NCBI GenBank assembly: GCA_023515725.1
Contig: JALDTO010000266.1
Location: 2,250,217-2,314,216 of the forward strand
Direction: 5' to 3'
From: Amoeboaphelidium protococcarum X5
Lineage: Eukaryota; Fungi; Aphelidiomycota
Length of the DNA: 64,000 nucleotides
Shown: positions 13,964-25,470 of the stretch, piece by piece
Position numbering within the stretch: position 1 is the stretch's first letter
Layout: the number at the start of each line of letters is the position of its first letter
Made by a program: the position numbers and the translations under genes
Notes under the pieces: generated by a model
What the model saw: the letters and a program-made list of their open reading frames with translations, nothing else
Told to the model about the DNA's origin: nothing
Database searches by the model: none

Positions 13964-14755
13964 ATGACCAAGAGTGAATTTGTTAGCAGAATGCAAGTGC
14001 TTGTGTCCAAAGAGAATGGTGATTAGCCGCTGAAACACGCGTAAGACGTGGCTGCCTCAATGAAATCAATGGACAATCTGTTCAATGCTGCTTTCACCGA
14101 GGGAATTAAGAATGAACTCAATCTATCTTATATTCTACCGCGCTTCGTCCGCATTGCCAATGAATATGATACCGACCGTATAGTGACTGCAGTGTAATGG
14201 CTGACTTCTGATTGGAAGCTGCGATCAATCATTGCTGTCGTGACTGGTGTAACCGAGCAATGGGTCGACGCCGAAGAGTTGGCGTACTTGATTACTTGCA
14301 TAGCCCGGTAGTGGAAGCCAAAATTCACTGCTGAGCTAGTGTATGCAGTGTGCATGCGATGGGAGCATGTCGGTACGTGTGAAGATGAGAAGGAGTATTC
14401 CTTGCAAGAGCAGACACAGTTTGTACTGTCAGTCATGAGGGATTGGAACTTTTTCCAAGCTAGCGCGGCGTTCATGTAACTTGGAGACAGATTACCATGG
14501 TAGATTAAAGCGGAGGTGTTCAAGGCTATACATTCGCGGCACTAGAAGAAGACATCTGTCGGATCACTGGAAGTTGACGCAGGAAATAGTGCTGAACTTA
14601 AGGGCAAGCCTAATAAAAATAACAAATCCTTGAGTAATTTGGTGGTTAAGTGTAATCAGTCGCATCGCTTCAATGGACTATTATCTCCCGATATTAACCA
14701 ACAGCCTCCAGTCGATAGTTACAAGCAGAATTTGGAGGATATAGCTGAAGAATGA
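13964..14755 (+). CDS. Hypothetical protein with periodic-Trp helical repeats (263 aa)
   Basis: Clean ATG-TGA frame under code 6. Trp recurs about every 16-17 aa in amphipathic segments. Confidence 0.7.
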
Positions 14756-14957
14756 TCAACATTTTGGTATCAAATTAAAGTTTACAATTTATAAATCTTT
14801 ATCTTAACTCTCGAATAATATAGTGATACTTCCGACACATGGATTTTAAGCAAGGTACAGCATATACTGTTATCTTGCACCCGCTATTTCTTCTTCGCTC
14901 TCTTTGTCTGAATGTTCCTTTCATTCAACCATCTAAACACGGTATTCGCTACGCGCT

Positions 14958-16729
14958 ATGGCATCGAATAGACTGCCTAATGTTAATATTCTAAGCATTC
15001 TCAAACATCCAGATTTACCAGAGTCAATTCTGCAATATTTGGATCCCCGCGATGTTCACTCTCTGTGTACCATTAATAATGTGGTTTGGCGCGTCATGAC
15101 TTCAGACTTAACCATATTGAAGAGATATTACTGGTTTTATTATGGTCCAATATTGAGTCTATTACGTCTTGAGGATCTTCCTTACCTTCGTAGATGCGGT
15201 CTTGATGAGGAAATACGGACCTTTGAAGAAGTGTTTGACATATTCTTACATAAAGATGAAGTACGTGATTGTGTGGCATTGCATTTGTATTTTCGTACGA
15301 TGGTTTAATCGAGGAGAATGTATATGAAAATCCTGCTTCGGCATCTTTTAAAGGATGGTAACAATGTTATTAAGTGGTGTTAGCTGGGTCGTAAGTTACT
15401 ACATCACGTCACACCCAAAATGTTTATTAAGTCTACGTTGCCGCAGTTCATCTAAGATGATTATGAGATTGGGGCCTTGAAGTAAGTCAAGACCATAACC
15501 GAATTTGTGGCTAAAAATAGGGAGCTATTTGGATTCAGTATTGCAGAACTTATTTAATACCTGGTTAATTGTAGATAGTTTTGTGACGCTATTGGGTGGC
15601 TAAAAGTGTTTGATGGTCCTCTGTTTACACTCGATGAGAGACGTAGTGCTTTCTGGGCCGTGATTTAGAAGTTCGATTGGAGTGAACATACATACATGAT
15701 TGCTGTAATTAGTGAGGCTGAGAGGCTGAGCCTTCAAATATATAATCATAGCATTTAGAGTTATGTTCAATGATGACACCGCGGGACTTGTAAATGTTGG
15801 CCGATTGTGATATGGATGATATATTGCGTCCGGACCATTCGGTTGAACGTGCCAAGTTTCTCATGTGCTTAGGGAGTTTATTGAAGTCATCCCAGGAGCA
15901 ATTTATTGATTATTTTAGCCGATTAATGTTAAGAACCATTAGTTGTGCAGTGTCTTAAACGCGTTCGTACTAACTAGAGGCAGTAATCAAGATTTTGTCG
16001 GGTGTATCGTCAAAGACTGTATGGATTGAATATTTGGATGAGGAGTTAGTTGATGCTTTTGGTGATGCTTTGATGCACATTGTAATTTAAATGGAAGCTG
16101 AATAATCAAGAACAGCTGGAAGAAGTGTCGTCAGATCTCACTTAATTCGATTTTTAACTTAATCATTTCCCAGTGATCTTTTGATGAAGTTGGTGGATTC
16201 AGGTTTCCAGCAGTTTCTGCATCTGAATATGACCAATGCTCGGATGATCTAATTTTACATTAAGATTTGGCATTGTCTGCCGCAGCATCTACCTGGGATC
16301 CCGCTGGAGTTGCGTAGATAATGGGTATCATCCTTAATAACGGAGCTTATCGGCCGCTATGACGAGGTGAGTGATAATTTTGGAGGCTTTTCGACCATTG
16401 TATTTGGACAGTGCTATTAAACTTTTCTTAGCGAAGAGTTTTGCCCCGTTATAGTGTCCGCCTATACCGAACTTTGCGGTAAAGAGGCGCCTGAGTATTC
16501 GTAATGGGAGGCCGAGTAGCTCTTTGAGGACTTGTACGAAAGCGATTTTGGCGATGAGTTTCCGACCTTGGCAAGCGTGACTTGGCCTTTGAAAAAGCAT
16601 GTTGAAGCTCTACAGTCGGAAGCCGGAACTAACAAATGCGGTGACGCTGTCGTGCAACAATTGTAACAGCTGTTTGAAGTTTATGAAAAGCGTAACAAAG
16701 ACGGCGAACACTACCCACAGAATGATTGA
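14958..16729 (+). CDS. F-box protein, paralog 1; reading frame broken near 15755-15773 (frameshift, possible pseudogene)
   Basis: N-terminal F-box-like LSILKHPDLPESILQYLDPRDVHSLCTIN..W. Frame 1 stops at TGA 15771-15773. Homology to paralog 2 resumes in the -1 frame and runs to TGA 16729. Confidence 0.65.
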
Positions 16730-16945
16730 ATCTGATCATAAAGCACTACTCTCGAGATGATTGATTAAACCCTGTAATCAAGACTTGAATGTGATTGAAA
16801 CATAGCTCTTAGCCTTACACACGGTTGGCGTTTCACTTGAATTTTACTCGCCGTTTCGCGCCGCTCTGTTCTCTTCTTGAAACGCGACGTGATAAATCGT
16901 TTAGTTTCAATTGTCCAGTAAACACATACGTACATATCAGACAGT

Positions 16946-18886
16946 ATGAGTGCCGCACCAGCTTTGGAGTTCTTGTAGCATCCAGACCTGCCTCAGCTAG
17001 TCATTTAATATCTAGAACCTCGTGATATCCATAAATTGTGCATATGTAACTCTGAGATTTGGAAATTAATGATTGCTGACCTGACTTTGCTAAAAAGTTA
17101 CTATTGGAATTACTATGGCCCTGTGCTGACTCTCTTTCGCCTGGAACACCTGCCGTATCTACTTCGTGTTGGCAACTAGAAGCCTATTAGAGCGCTGTAA
17201 GATTTATACACTGAGTTTCTACATACGCTTGAAGTACGTCGCTGCTAAGCTCTCTTGTTGTATGTCCAAACAATGGTGCGTTAGAAAAGAGCTGGTCACA
17301 CTGGCCCACTGATATAATATCTACATAAGAAATTTAGTTATGACTGGCGCGGTATATATCGTGAGATTAGGGGGTATTAATAATTTTCGAAATGGGGTTG
17401 GTCTGATTTTTATCATGAAGACGTTGAGTTGTACATGTCGAGAGGGCACATTCTGTTGTAAAATAAATCACAAATGCTACGCGTTTTGCTCAATCAGATA
17501 CGACATGATAATTGGTAATCAGTCTCTTTTACTCAATAGTTGCTTAGTTTGATATATAAAGCGAGTCCCCTGTAACTGGTGTGTTCTTATTTGCCAGTCA
17601 TGTATAGATATATGGAAGATTTATTCCTGGTGTAATGCATGTAAATTTTGGTCTTATTCTATCTTCACAATCCTGAGCTCTTTAGCTTTGATGTTGAAGC
17701 ACTAATCTATGAGCTGCTAATGGTTAAATCATTTAATAGCCCGCTGGATTGGCTGAAAATATTCGATGACCCACAGATATCTAATCATATAAGAAGTTAA
17801 GCTCTTTGGACTGTCATTATGCATTTTTAATGGGATAATTACAATCGCGTTCGTGGGGTAGTAGGGGATTTTAGATCTCATACGGATGGACTGGGTGCCC
17901 TTGTCGGCGAACTTGAACTTTAAAAGTTGACGATTTGCGATATTGATTAATTAATTACCGAATGTTCATCGTTATATCACATGATGTTCATACTGGGTCT
18001 GGGTTAGCGCCTGAAAAGTAGACAAATTGTGTTATTTTACAAGCGGGTCATCTTGAGGGCTATTGACTGTGCCACTCAGCGCCCGCATTCAGCTGCTCTA
18101 ACTGCCACTATTCTGTTCTTACCGAGGCTCGATGTGGTCAATATATAAATTAGATCGCTCGGTCAGTAATAGATTAGAACCTTATGTTTAGAGATATCTA
18201 ACTTTATAACAGGCGAAATGTATAATGAAGAAGATTCAGATCCTATAGTTTATTACAAAATTTACTCCATGCTGTTTCTGGTCAACACTTTTACCAATAC
18301 TGCTGTGCTGTAAATAGTATAACAAATGATTTCAAGTTCCTTGAGAGGTGGCAAAAATCTGGGTAAGATCATTAAGTTTTGCGTAGAGCTGTGGATTTTT
18401 GAGCCGCACATTTTGGGTCGCGTGTCACTTCGATCTCGCTATGTCTGGATGGACCAATTATTGACTGTGCTGGTGGAGCACTTTGAAGTGATAAAGTCCT
18501 AATGCGGACAATTTTCCACTGTTGTGTTTGCAACATTTTTGAAGACATGGGTCAGCGAAGACGGTTGTATGTTGATGGTGTAGACAATGCTAAAAATTTG
18601 TGATAAATACGGTTTTGACGCTGCGTAGGAAGAGGTTGACAATTTTTGCGAGCATGTCTATCTGAGACTTGAAGCTGGGTATGATATAGAGGGAAAGTAC
18701 CTGGATATGATGTAGACAGTTGAGGCGCATGTTATACCTTTGCTCTAGGAGCGAAATTTCGATGAGGAAGATTAGACGTATATCTTGCGTCGATTCTTGG
18801 TTAACAGTGATCATTATGGAGGTATTGTCTCCGAAACTGATTCGGATACTGATGGAGAAAATGGTAATGATTTTTAGGAGAAGTGA
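16946..18886 (+). CDS. F-box protein, paralog 2 (646 aa), helical C-terminal region
   Basis: Traced open frame. LEFLQHPDLPQLVIQYLEPRDIHKLCICN..WKLMIADLTLLKSYYWNYYGP is clearly homologous to paralog 1. Confidence 0.8.
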
Positions 18887-19261
18887 GTTGATTGTATTTG
18901 TGAATATGGCCATTGCCGATTGTATAATATGCTTTGCTCCTTAGTACTAAGTCTTAACGATATCTTTTGCGCTATCCTTACTATCCGCGATCATAAGTAA
19001 AAAGTTGTGCACCCAGAAATTCTATTAATTATTACTACTGGTTGTTGTGCTTCTAAAATGATATTCTTGTGAGACCTGAGATTCGTGTAACGTTTCACTA
19101 TATCCAATCTCAGTCGCACAAAGGCACTCACTCGGCTGTCAGTTCTGATTGGTCGATACATATGAGAAGTCTCACTAATCTTGGCACCATGTCTTATCGC
19201 ATTATATGAGTTATCTTTCTCCCATTATTATTAATCTTTATTTTAAAGATATAGTGGTGTG

Positions 19262-20701
19262 ATGAATAAGTTTGTGATTTTGTAAATGCTTAGCGCGATT
19301 GCTTTAACTTTTGCTGATCAGCAATAGCAGACGGCGGAAGTGGTCAAGTGTAGATTGCGTCCGGTTAGTACCACACCTTGCCCGTCCTCTGCTGCTGTAG
19401 CGCTGACTGTATCATCCTGTACCGATAGCAGCTTGGTTACTTTTATGAATAAAACCCCATCATCAAGTTACTGCTCGACCACTGCGTCTATTACTGCTGA
19501 AACAACCTCTTGCACTACTGTGGCGTCAACCACGATTATACCTCCAGCTGTATGGACTTCCTCTGCCTGCTCTACCACATCCACTGATGTTCAAGAAACC
19601 ATCTCTACCTCTACCAGAATATATTCTTCCTACACAAGCACGTCTAAATAAGTGAATACTCTGAGTACTCCCGGAATATCATCCAGTCGCGTGTCCTCAA
19701 CGACCGTCCTTACGAGCTCTGTAGTATCCTCTTAGTCGTCGTCTACTAAAACTTTGACCACGACTACTGCAACTAGATAAACTCCTAAAATCCCACCAGT
19801 AGCTCCACCTCCTCCTCCTTCTCCATAACCTCCGTCCTCTCCACCGCCGCCGGTTATCCCAACTCCTCCTATTTCGCAGCCGCCACCTTCGAATCCTCCT
19901 ATTCCTTAACCTCCTGCTTAACCACCTACTCCAACTCCTACTTCATCACCTGCTAAACCTCCTGCTTCGACACCAACTTCTCCTCCTGTCACTCCGCCAA
20001 CTCCAACTCCTCCTCCTGTCAAGCCTCCTACTCCAACTCCAACTCCGCCTACTCCTTCTCCACCTCCAATTAGCCCTAAACCAATACCAGGATAAACACC
20101 GCAACCTCCATCTAATCAGGGATTTTGTTTGAACCGTCCCAATAAAAGATGTAGCCCTCTGGTGTTTGATTTAAATAATGATGGTGTGGTTAGTGCCAAG
20201 CGCGGTGTTGGCATTTCATTTAACCACGAAGATATTGATCAGCATGTTGGGGCTGCCACAGGTGGCGACAAGATGTTAGCAATGTCTGATACTAATTAAA
20301 ATGGGGTCATTGATAGCCAGGAGGTGTTTGGCGATAGAACAATAAGCCCTCTCACTAAGAAGCCATACTAGGCACGTAATGGCTTTGAAGCGTTGAAAAT
20401 GCTCGTGTCTGAATTGTCGCCGATATGTGGTAATCTTTACATTGACAAGATTGGCACCTATGTAGATACTGATAAATTAAGAGGGTGTCTGAAGCAGATT
20501 GGCTCCGATCTAGGATTCATCAGTGATAGCAATGTACGCGTACTTGAAGATTTGGGTGATGTACTAGCCATTAATGTGGCTGATTATATCGACTCGCCTG
20601 AAGATAATCAAGACGGTATAGGACACTACTAAAAGAGTGTCTTTCTAGATCGCCTCGGTCGCAAACGTAAAGTTGATGATGTTTGGTTCAGAAAACGTTG
20701 A
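19262..20701 (+). CDS. Secreted Ser/Thr- and Pro-rich protein with C-terminal FrpC self-processing-module-like Ca2+-binding domain, copy 1 (479 aa)
   Basis: Signal peptide MNKFVILQMLSAIALTFA, S/T stalk, Pro-rich rod, then from 20153 SPLVFDLNNDGV...GDKMLAMSDTNQNGVIDSQEVFGDRT...ARNGFEAL...VLEDLG...VDDVWF. Frame traced codon by codon. Confidence 0.85.
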
Positions 20702-20795
20702 ATGCTGTTATAATAAACAATAATCATTTGTAAACTACTTAACTCAATCTATTACTGATGAATTCTTTTATAGTTCCACTGTTCTAACTAGTAAT

Positions 20796-21136
20796 TCAAT
20801 TTTACTAGAACCAGTTCAGAGAATCTTACAGGCAGCGCTCACCTGCTCCGATCCAGAGAACATGGTCGCCATTCTCATATAAAATGATCGACTTTTACGC
20901 GTCTGACAGGCGTGCACATCTTCTAACAAGCTCTTTAGATCCCTCAACATCCGTGACTAAATCATTCAATCCATGGCAAGCGAGAAATGGAACATCAATA
21001 TCCCCCAATTTCGATTACAGTTCAGTCATTCCTTCGAGGGAGACATTCCAGTGCCAACGCGAAGTCATCCAGTGTAAGTACCTACATCCGCTTTAAATCT
21101 CTCCTCCACAGATGGATCAACATGATTTTTACCTTT
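20796..21136 (-). pseudogene. Truncated 3' copy of the monoglyceride lipase gene
   Basis: Near-identical to 24147-24488 but lacks the 5' two-thirds, has TGG>TGA at 21065-21067 and a 1-nt deletion near 21040. Confidence 0.9.
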
Positions 21137-21333
21137 TAATAGGAAAGTAGTAGAGTTTGATGAATGATATTCAATTTATTATTAGAATACAAGATCACTG
21201 TTCAATCCATGGCTGGCCATTTCACCATCGTATACGTTCCAGGCTCTCGGGTGTGCCACATTTCTCAGACTCTATGCTAATCCACATATAGATTCTCACA
21301 GTCTAGTGTGATCATATTCTGATAAGGTGAAAG

Positions 21334-22040
21334 CCTTATGCTTCGAGCTATCTAACTTAATTACTGGCGAAATGCGTAATGAAGAAGATTCAGATCCTGT
21401 AGTTTATTACAAAATTTACTCCATGCTATTTCTGTTCAATACTTTTACTAATAACGCTGTGCTGTAAATAGCATAACAACTGATTGTAAGTTCATTGAGA
21501 GGTGATAAAAATCTGGGAAAGATTATTAAGTCTTGCGTAGAGCTGTGGATTTTTGAGCCGCACATTTTGGATCGCGTGTCACTTCGATCTCGCTATGTCT
21601 GGATGGACCAATTATTGACTGTGCTGGTGGAGCACTTTGAAGTGATAAAGTCCTAATGCGGACAATTCTCTACTGCAGTGTTTGCAACGTTCTTGAAGAC
21701 ATGGGTTAGCGAAGACGGTTGTCTCTCGATGGTGTAGACAATGCTTAAAATTTGTGATAAATACGGTTTTGACGCTGCGTAGGAAGAGGTTGACAATTTC
21801 TGCGAGCACGTCTATCTGAGACTTGAAGCTGGGCATGATCTAGAGGGAAGGTACCTGGATATGATGAAGACGGTTGAGGCGCATGTTAAAACTCTGCTTC
21901 AGGAACGGGGCGATAACGAAGATGATTAGACGGATATCTTATGGCGATTCTTAGTAAACAGCCAGCATTATGGAGGTGTTGACTTGGAAATTGATTAGCA
22001 TACTGATGGAGAAAGTGTTGACGACTAGGATGAGAAGTGA
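21334..22040 (+). pseudogene. 5'-truncated copy of F-box paralog 2 (C-terminal third)
   Basis: Highly similar to 18181-18886. No F-box upstream, and an in-frame TGA lies just upstream. Confidence 0.85.
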
Positions 22041-22410
22041 ATTTATCGTGATTTAAATACTTTCTGGCTGACCGTTCTTAACGTCTTGCACTTAGTACTA
22101 AGTTATATAACGAGGTCTTTTGCACTGATCTTAGTATCCGCATCGCCAGTAAATTGTTATTCAGCCAGGAAGTACTTTCATATTTTCAACAGGTGTTGGT
22201 ATTACTGAGCTGATATTCTTTTGAGGCCTGAGATTCGTGTAACGTTTCACCTTCCAATCTCAGTCGCACAAAGATACTTGGCGATCAGCTCTGATTGGTC
22301 GTTTTATATGAGAAGTCTCACTAATCTTGGCATTATGTCTGATGGCATTATATGAGTTTTTTCACTCCCGCAATAATTTTTTTTGTTTAGAGTATAGAAA
22401 TAGTTGTGTG

Positions 22411-24051
22411 ATGAATAAGTTTGCGATTTTATAATTGCTTACCGCGATTGCTTTCACGATTGCCGCCGAGAAATATCGTACGACGGAAGTGGTCAAATGT
22501 AGATTGCGTCCTGTTAGTAGTACACCTTGCACGTCCTCTACTGCTGTACCTTTGACTGTAACATCATGTACCGATAGTAGCTTATCAACACCTGTGAATA
22601 AAACGCCATAATCATGTGACTGCTCGAGCACTGCATCTGTTACTGTTGAGACAACTCCTTGTAGCACAGTGGCGTCAACTACGATTATGCCTCCAGCTGT
22701 ATAGACTTCCTCTGATTGCTCTACCACATCCACTGATGTGCCAAAATCTATCTCCACCTCTACTAGAGTATATTCTGTCTAGACAAGCAGTACTAAACAA
22801 GTGAACACTCAGAGTACTCCGGGGATAACGTCAAGTCGCTCATCCTCAATGATTGTCTTAACGAGCACTGTAGTATCCTCGAAGTCGTCTTCTACTAAAA
22901 TTCTGACTACCCCTACTGCAAGTACATCAACTCTTAAGATAACCACTACATAGACTCCTGGAATCCCACCAGTAGCTCCACCTCCTCCTCCTTCTCCATA
23001 ACCTCCGTCCTCTCCACCGCCGCCGGTTATCCCAACTCCTCCTATTTCGCAGCCGCCACCTTCGAATCCTCCTACTCCAACTCCCCCGCCGGTTAAACCT
23101 CCTGCTCCGACACCAACTCCTACTTCACCACCTGCTAAACCTCCTACTCCAACACCAACTCCTCCTCCAGTCAAGCCTCCTACTCCGACTCCTACTCCAC
23201 CCCCAGCTAAGCCTCCTACTTCTACTACTGTGAAGCCTCCTACTCCAACTCCCCCGCCGGTTAAGCCTCCTGCTCCGACACCAACTCCTACTTCACCACC
23301 TGCTAAACCTCCTACTCCAACACCAACTCCTCCTCCAGTCAAGCCTCCTACTCCGACTCCTACTCCGCCTACTCCTTCTCCACCTCCACCTTCACCGCCA
23401 CCTCCACCTCCACCTTCACCGCCACCTCCACCTCCACCTGTTCCGCCATCGCGACGTCCATCTAGTTAGGGATATTGTCCGAATCGTCCTAATAAAAAAT
23501 GTAGTCCTCTGGTGTTTGATTTAAATAATGATGGTGTTGTTAGTGCTAAACGTGGAGTTGGCATTTCATTTAACCACGAAGACATTGATCAGCATGTTGG
23601 TGCGGCCACAGGTGGCGACAAGATGTTAGCAATGTCTGATATTAATTAAAATGGGGTCATTGATAGCCAGGAGGTGTTTGGCGATAGAACAATAAGCCCT
23701 CTCACTAAGAAGCCATACTAGGCACGTAATGGCTTTGAAGCGTTGAAAATGCTCGTGTCTGAATTGTCGCCGATATGTGGTAATCTTTACATTGACAAGA
23801 TTGGCACCTATGTAGATACTGATAAATTAAGAGGGTGTCTGAAGCAGATTGGCTCCGATCTAGGATTCATCAGTGATAGCAATGTACGCGTACTTGAAGA
23901 TTTGGGTGATGTACTAGCCGTTAATGTGTCTGATTATATTGACACGCCTGAAGATAATTAAAACGGTATAGGTCACTACTAAAAGAGTGACTTTCTAGAT
24001 CGCCTCGGTCGCAAACGTAAAGTTGATGATGTTTGGTTTAGAAAACGTTGA
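22411..24051 (+). CDS. Secreted Ser/Thr- and Pro-rich protein with FrpC SPM-like domain, copy 2 (546 aa)
   Basis: Same architecture as copy 1 with a longer Pro rod and SPPPP runs. The SPM-like domain starts at 23503. Confidence 0.85.
23071..23366 (+). repeat. Intragenic direct repeat (168-nt period, ~128-nt match) in the Pro-rich rod
   Basis: 23071-23198 is almost identical to 23239-23366 (PTPTPPPVKPPAPTPTPTSPPAKPPTPTPTPPPVKPPTPTPTP). Confidence 0.9.
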
Positions 24052-24146
24052 ATGCTGTTAAAATAAACAATAATCATTTGTAAACTACTTACTCAATCTA
24101 TTATTTGATGAATTCTTTTAGAGTACCCACTGTACTATTTGGTAAT

Positions 24147-25127
24147 TCAATTTTACTAGAACCAGTTCAGAGAATCTTACAGGCAGCGCTCACCTGCTCC
24201 GATCCAGAGAACATGATCGCCATTCTCATATAGAATGATCGACTTTTAAGAGTCTGACAGCCGTGCACATCTTCTAACAAGCTCTTTAGATCCCTCAACA
24301 TCCGTGACTAAATCATTCGATCCATGGCAAGCGAGAAATGGAACATCAATATCTTCCAATTTCGATTACAGTTCAGTCATTCCTTCGAGGAGAGACATTC
24401 CTGTGCCAACGCGAAGCCATCCAGTATAAGTACCGACATCCGCTTTGAATCTCTCCTCCACAGATGGATCAACATGATTTTTACCTTTATTCGCTGGCGA
24501 TGCAGCCAGAGTCGGCGCAAGATATCTAAGTACGTATGCTGCATACTTTAATACAGAGTTGGGTGTAGACGCGGGATGAGATCTAATCAGGGGACAAAAT
24601 AACACCATACCGGATAGATCTGGAGATGATACGGGAACCAACTCTTTCCGCTTCAAAGTGTACAGCAGCGATATCAAACCGCCCATCGAGGCAGACAATA
24701 GATAATATTTGCAATCAGGTAGATCTTTAATTGTTTCAAGAAACACATTGTGCAAAGTGTTGGTCAACACATCCATAGATTCAATGTAACCGTGCAGACC
24801 ATCGCTTCGACCAGTGCCGGGGTGATCATATGCCACCACCGTGAATCCTGCATCCAAATACACCTAAGCTCTATGAGCAAATCTGCCGCCATAGTCGCCC
24901 ATACCAGCAACAAATATAATCACTTTGCCGCAATCTAATTCTTTCGCGGGTTTCCAGTATTACATGTACACGGAGTCATCACAGATATACTTCTCTACGC
25001 GCTCAACATCGGGACGCTACTCGAGAATCTACTCACCTTCCGTAAGAGGTAGTGATCTAGATGTATGACTTTTTCTCGCAAATATCTTGGTTGACTGTAA
25101 ACTATCTTGACTGCTAATTTCGCTCAT
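24147..25127 (-). CDS. Monoglyceride lipase / lysophospholipase, alpha-beta hydrolase (Hydrolase_4, Yju3-like; 326 aa)
   Basis: GFTVVAYDHPGTGRSDGLHGYI; nucleophile elbow LSASMGG; Asp in HGSNDLVT; His in YENGDHVL. Confidence 0.9.
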
Positions 25128-25470
25128 ATCTGATCTTATTTACAATTTGATTTCTAATCAGTGATAAGTAAAAAAATAAAAGATCAGGGGAATTGTACCA
25201 ATGAATACATTTCAACTGCTATATAATCATGTCAAACGAAAAGTCACGATCTCATACTTTGTAAAGATGCTTCAATTTATTGATACTACATCTAAATAAT
25301 CAATCTAATAACATATTCGTTACTTCTATACTATGGTGACCTTCTAATCACGATGATCAATTCATGTTTGATCTTAATTCTTTGTCATCATCATCATCGT
25401 CTCTCCTTTCTCTAGTCTTCTAAACGCGATATATCAGTACTTGATTAGGTGCGTCATAATTATCAGAAGA

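Larger units (their letters stand above)
18181..24488 (+). repeat. Tandem segmental duplication: copy A ~18181-21136, copy B ~21334-24488
   Basis: Collinear similar blocks: F-box 3' end, promoter, secreted Pro-rich gene, lipase 3' end. Confidence 0.95.

Noticed and set aside
22809-23342. Gly-rich 177-aa minus-strand ORF
   Set aside because: Reverse complement of the Pro-rich rod of the secreted gene.
19262-24051. Bacterial contamination as the source of the SPM-like genes
   Set aside because: Both genes use TAR=Gln inside the domain and are co-duplicated with eukaryotic F-box and lipase fragments.
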